From sequence record SRR20825006_617: 60,136 bases of DNA, one strand, 5' to 3'. A program made the position numbers and the translations under genes. This document shows, piece after piece, positions 39,499 through 48,788 of this stretch; the first letter of the stretch is position 1, and the number at the start of each line of letters is the position of its first letter. A model generated the notes under the pieces. It searched no databases. It was not told where the DNA came from and saw only the letters and a list, made by a program, of their open reading frames with translations.

Positions 39499-41086
39499 TT
39501 TTATCGTCGTAGGGGCGGGCTCTTCGGGCTGTGTTCTTGCCAACCGGTTAAGCGAGTGCGGCAAGTATTCCGTTTGTCTTATTGAGGCCGGCCCCCACGA
39601 TAATAGCGGTTTTATTAATATTCCGTTTGGACTCATCGGTCTAATTAAACAAGGAAAGCGAAACTGGGGCTACGACACCGCGCCACAGAGTCACCTTAAT
39701 AAAAGGCGCCTCTACTGGCCGCGAGGAAAAACACTGGGGGGCAGCAGCTCAATCAATGCCATGGTCTACATTCGAGGCCAACAACAAGACTATGATGACT
39801 GGGCAGCGCAAGGCGCAACAGGGTGGGCGTGGAAAGATGTGCAGCCGGTATTCAATGCACATGAAAACAATGAACAATACTCCGCTGACAATTGGCATGG
39901 TGTGGGTGGGCCACTGAATGTTACCCGAGTCAGGGATGTTAACCCGTTAACCCCGCTGTTTATTAAGTCCGGTGAAGAGCTGGGTTATACCCGAAACGAT
40001 GATTTTAACGGGCCGGAACAGAAAGGCTTTGGCCGGTTTCAGGTAACACAAAAAGAAGGGCGCCGATGGAGTGCCGCGCGTGCTTTCCTGGATCCTGCAC
40101 GTGGCCGCGATAACCTGCACATCATGACGGATGTGCAGGTAACCAAGGTGTTACTGGATTGCGGCAGGGCGATTGGCGTCGAAATTTGTGATAGTGATGG
40201 TGCTCAATCGGTCATTCGTACGAACAAAGAAGTCATCCTGTCCGGTGGGGCGATCAATAGCCCTCAGTTGCTGATGTTGTCGGGTATTGGAGAGCGAGAG
40301 CACCTATCGAAAATCGGCATCACCTGTTTGCAAGACTCGCCGGAAGTTGGGGAGAACCTTCAAGATCACCTTGATATGACCGTCATGATCAAGGACAAAA
40401 GCCGTCAATCAATCGGCATGTCACCGTTTTTTATACCTCGGCTGATTAGTGCCTTCTACCAGTATTTTCGTCATCGGCGCGGCTTTCTTGCCAGTAACGC
40501 GGCGGAAGCAGGGGCTTTTGTCAGCCTGCTCAGCGAGCCGGATCGTCCGGATGCTCAGCTACACTTTTTACCGGCTTATCTTCGAGATCATGGACGTCAG
40601 TTGACGCCTGGGTTTGGTTGTACGATTCATGTGTGCCAACTCAGGCCTAAGAGTCGAGGACAGATTCGATTGGCCAATAGCGATCCATTTGCTGCGCCTT
40701 TGATAGACCCAAACTATCTTTCTCATCCTGACGATATTCTTGTGCTCCGTGAAGGCGTGAAACTAGCCAGAAAAGTGTTTCACAGTCATTCTTTCAGCTC
40801 TGCTTTTGGCGGTGATGACGAACCGGCTTCCAGCGTGGAGAGTGATGACCAGATTGACGCGGATATTCGCCAGCGCGCTGAAACAATCTACCATCCCGTC
40901 GGCACTTGCCGAATGGGTAGTGATGAAAAAGCGGTGGTGGATGTCCGTCTGCGGGTAAACGGTGTGAAGGGGTTGCGTGTCGCCGATGCCTCGATCATGC
41001 CACTGTTGATCAGTGGTAATACGAACGCGCCATGTATGATGATTGGCGAGCGAGCGGCACAATTCATTCTAGAGGATGCGCAATAA
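39485..41086 (+). CDS. GMC oxidoreductase (AlkJ-like alcohol dehydrogenase)
   Basis: GAGSSG, RGKTLGGSSSINAM, GAINSPQLLMLSGIG, YHPVGTCRMG, GNTNAP. Confidence 0.92.
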   Translation: MKSFDFIVVGAGSSGCVLANRLSECGKYSVCLIEAGPHDNSGFINIPFGLIGLIKQGKRNWGYDTAPQSHLNKRRLYWPRGKTLGGSSSINAMVYIRGQQQDYDDWAAQGATGWAWKDVQPVFNAHENNEQYSADNWHGVGGPLNVTRVRDVNPLTPLFIKSGEELGYTRNDDFNGPEQKGFGRFQVTQKEGRRWSAARAFLDPARGRDNLHIMTDVQVTKVLLDCGRAIGVEICDSDGAQSVIRTNKEVILSGGAINSPQLLMLSGIGEREHLSKIGITCLQDSPEVGENLQDHLDMTVMIKDKSRQSIGMSPFFIPRLISAFYQYFRHRRGFLASNAAEAGAFVSLLSEPDRPDAQLHFLPAYLRDHGRQLTPGFGCTIHVCQLRPKSRGQIRLANSDPFAAPLIDPNYLSHPDDILVLREGVKLARKVFHSHSFSSAFGGDDEPASSVESDDQIDADIRQRAETIYHPVGTCRMGSDEKAVVDVRLRVNGVKGLRVADASIMPLLISGNTNAPCMMIGERAAQFILEDAQ

Positions 41087-41120
41087 AGATCGGCTAGAGA
41101 AAAGCTATGATAAAAGGTGT

Positions 41121-41159
41121 AATGCCGGAGTTGCATGGAAGCAATTCCGGCATTTTTTT
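41121..41159 (+). terminator. Rho-independent terminator between convergent operons
   Basis: AATGCCGGAGTTGC-atggaa-GCAATTCCGGCATT followed by a T run. Confidence 0.75.
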
Positions 41160-41232
41160 GTGTGTCTTTTAGCAAACGGTGGTGACAGAGTCGTCAACTA
41201 TTCAGAGGTTCCCTAAACCCCCTTGAGCATTA

Positions 41233-42117
41233 TTATGCCGCCGGATTGCTATACAGCTCATGCAGTTGGCCACCTTCAGCGAACAACTTCTCACGCCACA
41301 GTTTTTCCAGCCCTTTGGTGTCATGTTGATCAGGGTGGAAATCCGGCTGAATGAACTCAGGAAGGCGCGAAAGGATTTGCGATACAAACCCGTTACGACC
41401 TAGCAAAATATTCAGACCTTTAACATTATCGCTGATGTTGCCGAGCTGGCCGTCTTTGACAAGCATCCAGCTCCAGGTGATGCCCAGCATCGGCAGCAAG
41501 ACGACCATCGAGGCGAGGGCTGCAGCCACGCGCTCTGTACGGCTGTTACCAATAAGCTCATATACGTCGTAGGCAACAGATTTGTGTTCCAGCTCTTCGA
41601 GCGCATGCCACTGCCATATTTTGAGCATTTCAGGGTCTGCCTGGCGTACAAAATTCTCGTCTTCAAGTAGCTGCTCGGCGAGAAGCGCAGTAAAGTGCTC
41701 CATAAACGTGGTGGCGGCTAGCCGAGTGCTCGGCGGCAACTTCTCTAGTATGGCCAAGCCAATTTTGACAAACCGATCTGGCGACTGCATGTCATAGCCG
41801 TACTCGGCGAGAATCTGGTTCAGCCTGTCGTGCTCTCGTCCGTGAATGGCCTCCTGCCCCATGAAGCCCGATATGGCCGCCCGTAGAGATTCGTCCTTAA
41901 CCTGACCACGAAAGTGTCTAACGGACTCCATGAAATAGCGTTCACCAGGTGGGAAAAAACCGGAGAGCATGGCAAAGAAAGTCGTTGCTGTGGCATTTCC
42001 AGCATAAAAATACTTTGGAATGGAATCCGGAAATTGAAAATTGATATGACGCGGTGGAATGCCCACCAGCGCGCCGCTGAGTTTCTTAATGCTTTTTACC
42101 GTATTAGACGAGCGCAT
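41233..42117 (-). CDS. 'Metal-dependent hydrolase' family protein (PF10118-like), paralogue 2
   Basis: FPPGERYF, QEAIHGREH, MEHFTA, WHALEELEHKSVAYD, FHPDQ. Confidence 0.85.
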   Translation of the reverse strand: MRSSNTVKSIKKLSGALVGIPPRHINFQFPDSIPKYFYAGNATATTFFAMLSGFFPPGERYFMESVRHFRGQVKDESLRAAISGFMGQEAIHGREHDRLNQILAEYGYDMQSPDRFVKIGLAILEKLPPSTRLAATTFMEHFTALLAEQLLEDENFVRQADPEMLKIWQWHALEELEHKSVAYDVYELIGNSRTERVAAALASMVVLLPMLGITWSWMLVKDGQLGNISDNVKGLNILLGRNGFVSQILSRLPEFIQPDFHPDQHDTKGLEKLWREKLFAEGGQLHELYSNPAA

Positions 42118-42158
42118 ATCGCCTCCAATCAATAATGTGATAGTTAAAGAGAAAAATG

Positions 42159-43025
42159 TCAGGCCATGCCCTGATGCGTTTTTTTATTTTTGCTGCTTTG
42201 CTGTTTTTTAAACATAATTTCAAGCAAGCGTTGGTAGCCTGTGGGTATCAGTCTCTGTGTGGTGTCCAGCATGACCGCGTCACCGCCTACCAAAACTCTT
42301 CGCCGGTTTTTCCGCACGCCTTTCAGGATGGTTCTAGCGGCAGCTTCGGGTGTGGTCATGGCAATTTTTTCGAACATGCTGGCAATCTCTTCTTTGTCGC
42401 CCATGTTCATGCTGCCCATGTCTCCCATGCGACTATTACGCGCGATGTTAGTCTTTACTCCACCTGGATGAACGCAAGTCGCGCTGACAAGGCCGCCCGC
42501 GATATCCAGCTCTTCACGTAATGATTCTGTAAATCCGCGAACAGCAAATTTTGCGGCGTTGTAGGCTGACTGGGTTGGAACACCGATAATGCCGAAAACG
42601 CTGGAGATATTGACGATATGGCCTTCACCTATTTTCTGGAGATGGGGAAGAAATGCCTTTGTACCGTATACGACACCCCAGAAATTGATATTCATCAGCC
42701 ATTCAAAGTTTTCATAGCTCATGTTCTCGACGGTCTCACCCAGTCCCACACCGGCATTGTTCATGATGAGATTTACTTTTCCGTGTGTTGATACGGTATC
42801 TTCCGCGTATTGATAAACCGCATTTTTGTTGCTGACATCAACAACATGAGTGCTGATGTTGACGGCGTAGCCTGCCAGTAATTCGACCGTCTTCTCTAGG
42901 CTTTCTTCGCTGATATCAGAGATCGCTAAGTGGCAACCTTCTTTTGCTAGAGCAATCGCCGTGGCTTGCCCGATGCCCGACCCGGCGCCAGTGATCGCCG
43001 CGACTTTTCCTGAAAATGATTTCAT
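42159..43025 (-). CDS. Short-chain dehydrogenase/reductase
   Basis: TGAGSGIG, NNAG, YNAAK. Confidence 0.92.
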   Translation of the reverse strand: MKSFSGKVAAITGAGSGIGQATAIALAKEGCHLAISDISEESLEKTVELLAGYAVNISTHVVDVSNKNAVYQYAEDTVSTHGKVNLIMNNAGVGLGETVENMSYENFEWLMNINFWGVVYGTKAFLPHLQKIGEGHIVNISSVFGIIGVPTQSAYNAAKFAVRGFTESLREELDIAGGLVSATCVHPGGVKTNIARNSRMGDMGSMNMGDKEEIASMFEKIAMTTPEAAARTILKGVRKNRRRVLVGGDAVMLDTTQRLIPTGYQRLLEIMFKKQQSSKNKKTHQGMA

Positions 43026-43035
43026 CGTTGCGCCT

Positions 43036-44547
43036 CTATATTGATGTGTTGCTCAGAAGTTTTTGGACGAGATTGCGTTTCGTTTTATGTAGGTTTGTCG
43101 TTTCGAATTTAAGGTGGCCATCATTCATTTTTCCATAACGAAGCGCCGGCAGGTCGTGAAGATAATCGTTGAGGTTTTGCCAAGGATCTTTGTTGCCTTG
43201 GCGTGGCAGGCGGTCATCAGCACGTTGAATGTAGCCAGATCGAAGGTTGAGAAAGTTGACATCAGAGCCACACCCTTCCTCGTCGATAGGGGTCACCTTT
43301 TCTGCGCCTGTCTTGCGCATATGCTTGAGAAGCCGACAAACAAATTCGGAGGCAATATCTGCCTTGAGGGTCCAGGACGCGTTGGTATAGCCAAAGACCA
43401 GTGCCATATTAGGCACTTTTTCAAGCATTAAGCCTTTGTACATCATGGTGTTTGAGAGATTGACGTGCGTACCATCAACACGTAGCTCTGCGCCGCCCAA
43501 CATTTGCAAATCCAGACCGGTAGCTGTGACGATAATATCGGCAGGTATCCAATCCCCAGATTCCAGTTTTATACCGGTTTTGGTGACATTTTTTATATGA
43601 TCCGTCACCACGGAAGCCTTGCCTTCACGAAGCACCTTGAACAGATCCCCCTTGGGAACTGCGCACATTCGTTCCTCCCATGGGTTGTAGTGAGGTTGAA
43701 AATGCTTCATGTCGATATCAGGCCCCAGTTGTTTGCGAGCAGCGGCCAGCAGTAATCTGCGGATCGCTTTGGGCTTACGAATCGATAGGTTAAATACGGT
43801 TCTCTGCAGCAGGATATTGCGTGTGCGCGCCATGCGGTAAACAAGCATTTCTGGCAGTACTCGGCGCAGGTTTTTCGAGATGAGATCTTGCTCAGGGACG
43901 GAGGCAACATAAGTAGGGGAGCGCTGTAACATGGTGACATGCGCAGCGCGGTCGGTCATCGCGGGCACCAGTGTTACGGCGGTGGCGCCGCTGCCGATCA
44001 CGACAACTCGCTTACCCGTATAGTCGTAGTTATCTGGCCAGTGCTGCGGGTGAATTACGTCGCCGCCAAAGCGATTGATTCCAGGAATTTTCGGTGTGTA
44101 GCCGGCGTCATAGTTATAATAACCGGTACAGTTGAGGACAAACCCAGCGGTGAAAACTTCTTCTTCACCGGTTTCCTCGTTCAACGCGGTAACCGTCCAG
44201 CGATTGAATTCGCTGCTCCAGTCCTCGGCAGTGACTTTCAGGCCAAAATGAATTTTCTTGTGGACCTGATGATGCTCAGCGGTTTCTTCGATGTAATTGC
44301 GAATAGAGGGGCCATCGGCAAGCATCTTGGTGTCTGTCCAAGGCCGAAAGTTATAGCCGAGTGTGAACATATCGGAGTCCGAACGGATGCCGGGATAGCG
44401 AAATAAATCCCAGGTGCCACCAACGCGCTTGCGTCGCTCAAGGATGCCATAGCGTAGATCTGGGCACTTGCGGCTTAGGTGACAAGCCGCACCGACGCCG
44501 GAAAGGCCCGCGCCAATGATCAGCACGTCGAGGTGTTTATGTTTCAT
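43036..44547 (-). CDS. almA: AlmA/EthA-type flavin-binding monooxygenase
   Basis: GAGLSG, GGTWDLFRYPGIRSDSDM, FGGDVIHPQHWP, GSGATA, GYTNASWTLK. Confidence 0.8.
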   Translation of the reverse strand: MKHKHLDVLIIGAGLSGVGAACHLSRKCPDLRYGILERRKRVGGTWDLFRYPGIRSDSDMFTLGYNFRPWTDTKMLADGPSIRNYIEETAEHHQVHKKIHFGLKVTAEDWSSEFNRWTVTALNEETGEEEVFTAGFVLNCTGYYNYDAGYTPKIPGINRFGGDVIHPQHWPDNYDYTGKRVVVIGSGATAVTLVPAMTDRAAHVTMLQRSPTYVASVPEQDLISKNLRRVLPEMLVYRMARTRNILLQRTVFNLSIRKPKAIRRLLLAAARKQLGPDIDMKHFQPHYNPWEERMCAVPKGDLFKVLREGKASVVTDHIKNVTKTGIKLESGDWIPADIIVTATGLDLQMLGGAELRVDGTHVNLSNTMMYKGLMLEKVPNMALVFGYTNASWTLKADIASEFVCRLLKHMRKTGAEKVTPIDEEGCGSDVNFLNLRSGYIQRADDRLPRQGNKDPWQNLNDYLHDLPALRYGKMNDGHLKFETTNLHKTKRNLVQKLLSNTSI

Positions 44548-45512
44548 GGTGTAAGTCTCCGATCGGTGGAGCGTATGTGATTTCCTTGCGGGTCAAGGTG
44601 CTGAAGAAAGTCCAGCACTGCTCCGGTAAAAATACTGTTGCGGTCACCCGCTACCATATGACCTGCTTGATGGATTACTCGGTACTTGGCATGTGGCACG
44701 AGGGCTAATAATTCCTGGGCTCCTGCTTCGCTGAGTACATCACTGTGATGGCCGCGGATGAGTAATATCGGTAATTTGAGTTTGCTTGCTGCAAGATTGA
44801 GTCGCGCTCGGCCGAACATGCCTTCATTTGCTTCAGGGATTACCGCATGATCAAGAAACGCAGGATCCCAGTGCCAATGGAGACGGCCATTAGCGTCCTG
44901 GCGGAGGTTTTTTCGCAAGCCCTGTGAGCTTGATGGTGCTTTTCGTGTTGGGTTATAGGCAGCCACGGCATCCTGAACCTGATCCAGAGAGTCGAAACCG
45001 TCAGGGTGGCGGCGCATGAACTCAATCACCCGGCGAACGCCTTTGGTCTCAAGCCGTGGGGCCACATCCACCAGTACCAGACCTCGACAGGGCAAGGGGG
45101 GCTCCTCCCCAAGGGTAAGCATGGCCGTCAGTCCGCCCATTGACGCTCCCACGATATAAGGTGATGTGGGAAGTGATTGGATGATGGCGCGGAGGTCTGA
45201 TACCAGCGCGGTGCCGCTGTAATCCCCTTCAGGGCACCACTGGCTTTGACCATGACCGCGGGCATCAATGCAGGTAGCGCAGTACCCTGATCTGGCCAGA
45301 GCTGTTGCCGTGTGCGCCCAGGCATGACGGGTCTGTCCGCCGCCATGCAGCAAAAGCACCTGCGGTGACTTCGGGTCCCCGAACTGGGTTGCACTAAGAA
45401 CCAACCCGCCGTTTCCCGGGAACTGTATATCCCTGCCAGATTCCGGTGAGTGCTTTGAATCGCTGTAGGCAAGGCTTGCGAGGCTGTCGTGAGGATGCAT
45501 CATTATAGGCAT
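44544..45512 (-). CDS. Alpha/beta hydrolase (esterase/peroxidase-like)
   Basis: LLHGGGQ, GASMGG nucleophile elbow, AGHMVAGD. Confidence 0.88.
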   Translation of the reverse strand: MPIMMHPHDSLASLAYSDSKHSPESGRDIQFPGNGGLVLSATQFGDPKSPQVLLLHGGGQTRHAWAHTATALARSGYCATCIDARGHGQSQWCPEGDYSGTALVSDLRAIIQSLPTSPYIVGASMGGLTAMLTLGEEPPLPCRGLVLVDVAPRLETKGVRRVIEFMRRHPDGFDSLDQVQDAVAAYNPTRKAPSSSQGLRKNLRQDANGRLHWHWDPAFLDHAVIPEANEGMFGRARLNLAASKLKLPILLIRGHHSDVLSEAGAQELLALVPHAKYRVIHQAGHMVAGDRNSIFTGAVLDFLQHLDPQGNHIRSTDRRLTP

Positions 45513-45518
45513 TTATTT

Positions 45519-45538
45519 ATTTGGCCAAACAACCAAAT
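45519..45538. promoter_or_regulatory. 20-bp palindromic operator, copy 2
   Basis: ATTTGGCCAAACAACCAAAT immediately upstream of the 45512 operon. Confidence 0.65.
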
Positions 45539-45620
45539 ATTAGCGTTTCTTCTACACAAAGAAAAGTCCTATTTGACGATATTGATGATCATTCAGCGGT
45601 GTGGCATACGGTGAGGACAG

Positions 45621-45643
45621 AAAAAAGCCCCCATAAAGGGGGC
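45621..45643 (-). terminator. Rho-independent terminator after the aupB-like gene
   Basis: GCCCCC-tttat-GGGGGC-TTTTTT on the minus strand. Confidence 0.75.
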
Positions 45644-45673
45644 ATGAAAGTGCGTTAGCACAAGGGGAATATA

Positions 45674-48600
45674 TTAAAAATCTTTTACCGGCAAAAAGGT
45701 AAAGGTCAGATCTACGCCGAGGGGGGGGACTTCCAGCTCAACACCCGCCAAGCCGATTCCCAAGAGATCAATGTTGGCCGGTATGATGAGAGGGTCGGGG
45801 TTACGGACTTTGAGAATCAGACGACCATCATCGACAAAGCGCAGGGGGCCTTCGAGGGTGACTCCGGTAATTACTTTGCTGCGGATGTCATGCCCGAGTT
45901 CTATAATTAGCCGTGGTTCTAACTCTGGTGCATCCACCATGAGATCAAACGTAGTACTGAACCAGGGGCCATCCGGGGTTTCGGTGATATAGCCCGTAAT
46001 GGGTTGATTGTTTTCGTATCCCAATCGAAGTACCAGAGGACCGGTGTCCAGCGGTATTGTGATTAATCCCAGTGCGCGAGCTTCCAGAAAGACACTGGTC
46101 GTTGAGAGAACGGTAGGGAAGACTTTGGCAATGACGGCGCCGGTGACTTCATTTGATGTCATTGGGTCGCTGTCGATGAGGCGTCGGTTGATGGTGACAT
46201 CCGGCTCATACTGGCTTACCCCGGCTTGCAAGGCGCCTGACCCGACAAAGGCAAATTTCTTTTCCGGGCAATCGTCGCCTATACCACAGCCAATGTTGGC
46301 ATGGGTTATTACTCCCGATTTGTTTTTTAGCCTAAGCTGTAGGTAGTTGGCATCGGCAATGGCACCGCCGTTACCATCGGGTACCGCACCTTGCTCATTG
46401 TCATCGAGACTGAGGTTCGCGTTGACATCCGCTACAGGTAGTGACCGTAATGATACGCGGGTAATCCTGTCCTCTTCTCCTGTTACCACAAAGTGATTGG
46501 TCAGGTCCGGACCTCCTTGTCTAAGGCCAGGCGCTGTGGAGCTGGACTGAGAAATTTGCCGTGTTTGCAGAGGGGCTCCATCATTTGAACATATGGCGTT
46601 GACTCCACAGTTCGGCGCTCCTTCCTCGGAGTGCAGGGTATAACGGTAAAGGTCACCAACCCGCCAGGGACTGTTCGGTAAAAATTCGATTCGCTGTGAA
46701 AGTACTTTATGGCGACCATTGACGGGTTGCCATACGTTATTAACGGTATCGAAGTGTTCAACAACAAAAGTCTGATCATTAACCGTGTCGCCGTCGATAC
46801 TGCGGCTAAAGATGACTCGAATACTAAAATCCTTGAACATATTCGGTACAGGATAGAGCGGGTCGCTATTTTTACCTCCTACACATCGGCCATTGCGCCA
46901 AGTCTCTCTTTCGCCGGTAAGATCGACATCGGTTAACGCACAGGGGTAACCGGGAAAAACAGCAGCGACAAGTGGTGCACGTAGCTCATTGGTGCTGCCA
47001 TTGGGAAGCACGAAGTCCGGTAGGCGGATGTTGAGTGTCTGGTCCTGGTTGAGCGGGTTTCCCTGCGTATCTCGGAGCAGGCTGGTGAGGGTGAGCTCGA
47101 CGTCTTTTCCGTGTTGAAGGATATCTCCTCCGATGATGATCGTGGCTCCATCGTGACGTATTGGGTACGTCTTTACTACATCATCAACAGAAACCTGTAC
47201 GGCACCGTCAAGGAACACCGAAGCTGGGTCTAATGGTTTGTTGAAGTTCAGGATAACGGGGTCACCAGGCCTTGCATTGGGTTGGAACGTTTCTCCCGGT
47301 GCCCAAGACTGAAGCTGCAAGGGTCGAGTGTCTTGGCTTGGGGCAGGCGCTTGGCGCTGGTTTTGATAGGCCTCCATGCGGAATGAGAGCAGACCGGATG
47401 CCTTCTCCAGGCCCAGTACATCAGGTTCAACCACACTGACCGCATCCAGTACTAGTACACCATCCTTTACAACGGCTAAACCCGCTACCTGCACATTAAG
47501 CAGGTTCTGGCTGAGAGCCGCATTGGGCTCTTGACCTGCTGCAGTCATTGCTGCGTCCATATTAAGCAGGGCATAGCGGGGAACCGATGGGGAATCACTG
47601 AATGGATTAGGGATCAGATACCCATTAGCGTCGCTGAGTATCGTGATGGTGACTTCACCGGTTTCCAGCCCGGACGGTATTTCGCCCAGTATATTGACGT
47701 CCACGGGGGTGCCTCGGAGTACGGAACCAGCGGGTACTCGCAGTGGAACGGCATTAGGAAAGTTGGGAGCAAAAGCCAGATCTGCAGCTAGATCCCCGCT
47801 CAACCCGGTAAATGATTCATCTCCCAGCACAAAGGATTGTACTGGCACCTGATTGATCGGGTTGCCGGTTAAAGTTGACACTAGTCCAGGTTGCTCAGCT
47901 CCAAGACTGCCAACTTTTAGAACGGATGTAGCACGGGGAAGAGTGGCTTCCGGAACAAAAGTCCGATTGTACTCCGGCAACTGTTCACCGGTAGTCTGGG
48001 CCCGCAGCCCAGCAATCGTTAGTGTGTGTTCCACAGGTTTCAGATCCTGGTCAGGATCCAGTGTCAGGTAACGACCCTGCAAAAATAGCGATGCGGGAAC
48101 CAACTTGCCGAGGTTGTCACGAAGTTGAACCGATCCGGTTTCGCCATATGCTGTGCTGGTCGGATCAACCGTTTGGTTAAACGACATCCTGAAGGTGCTC
48201 ATGTCGTTGGGATGGCTGGCATCATCAATCGGCTCTAGCAATGACGGTTGGTCTAGAGGAGTGGCTGAAAGCAGGGTGAAAGAGCCGCTTCCCATGGTTT
48301 GCGATGCGCCGGCTTGACTGCCTGCAGTCCGAAACCGAACGCGGGCCACGGAGTTATCATCAATGGCTCCAAGGCCATCATCGTTGACAACCAGATGGTA
48401 CGCTTCCGCCGGAGCCAGCCGCGATTGAGGATACAGGGCCAGGCCTCTGCCATTGTCTACCACCTGATAGTCAACCATGACGGTATTCCCATCAGTATCA
48501 CTGACCAGCTGTAGGCGTGAGTCAATGTCATCAATAACCTCTTGCTCAAGTGCAGAGGAAAATCGCAGGATTACTGGCGCGGTAGCTGGAACCTCGGTCT

Positions 48601-48754
48601 GGCCAGGATAAGGGTAAGAAAAAATTAATGTCTCTGGTGTGCTCCAGGGATTGCTTACATCGCCCTGATCGCCACCGCACCCGGTCAGAAGGGCTGCTAT
48701 GGCGACCGCCAGACTAATCAGAAACTGGTGGATTGTGATGGGGTTATTATTCAT
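45674..48754 (-). CDS. Large lipoprotein with Ig-like domains (AupB-like)
   Basis: Lipobox LTGC; repeated Big_5-like P..G...ILRFS / ILNFNKPLD / RVIFSRSID motifs; follows the FadL-like gene. Confidence 0.75.
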   Translation of the reverse strand: MNNNPITIHQFLISLAVAIAALLTGCGGDQGDVSNPWSTPETLIFSYPYPGQTEVPATAPVILRFSSALEQEVIDDIDSRLQLVSDTDGNTVMVDYQVVDNGRGLALYPQSRLAPAEAYHLVVNDDGLGAIDDNSVARVRFRTAGSQAGASQTMGSGSFTLLSATPLDQPSLLEPIDDASHPNDMSTFRMSFNQTVDPTSTAYGETGSVQLRDNLGKLVPASLFLQGRYLTLDPDQDLKPVEHTLTIAGLRAQTTGEQLPEYNRTFVPEATLPRATSVLKVGSLGAEQPGLVSTLTGNPINQVPVQSFVLGDESFTGLSGDLAADLAFAPNFPNAVPLRVPAGSVLRGTPVDVNILGEIPSGLETGEVTITILSDANGYLIPNPFSDSPSVPRYALLNMDAAMTAAGQEPNAALSQNLLNVQVAGLAVVKDGVLVLDAVSVVEPDVLGLEKASGLLSFRMEAYQNQRQAPAPSQDTRPLQLQSWAPGETFQPNARPGDPVILNFNKPLDPASVFLDGAVQVSVDDVVKTYPIRHDGATIIIGGDILQHGKDVELTLTSLLRDTQGNPLNQDQTLNIRLPDFVLPNGSTNELRAPLVAAVFPGYPCALTDVDLTGERETWRNGRCVGGKNSDPLYPVPNMFKDFSIRVIFSRSIDGDTVNDQTFVVEHFDTVNNVWQPVNGRHKVLSQRIEFLPNSPWRVGDLYRYTLHSEEGAPNCGVNAICSNDGAPLQTRQISQSSSTAPGLRQGGPDLTNHFVVTGEEDRITRVSLRSLPVADVNANLSLDDNEQGAVPDGNGGAIADANYLQLRLKNKSGVITHANIGCGIGDDCPEKKFAFVGSGALQAGVSQYEPDVTINRRLIDSDPMTSNEVTGAVIAKVFPTVLSTTSVFLEARALGLITIPLDTGPLVLRLGYENNQPITGYITETPDGPWFSTTFDLMVDAPELEPRLIIELGHDIRSKVITGVTLEGPLRFVDDGRLILKVRNPDPLIIPANIDLLGIGLAGVELEVPPLGVDLTFTFLPVKDF

Positions 48755-48788
48755 TGCTCTTCTCCTGGTATTAATCGCATGCCTGTTG

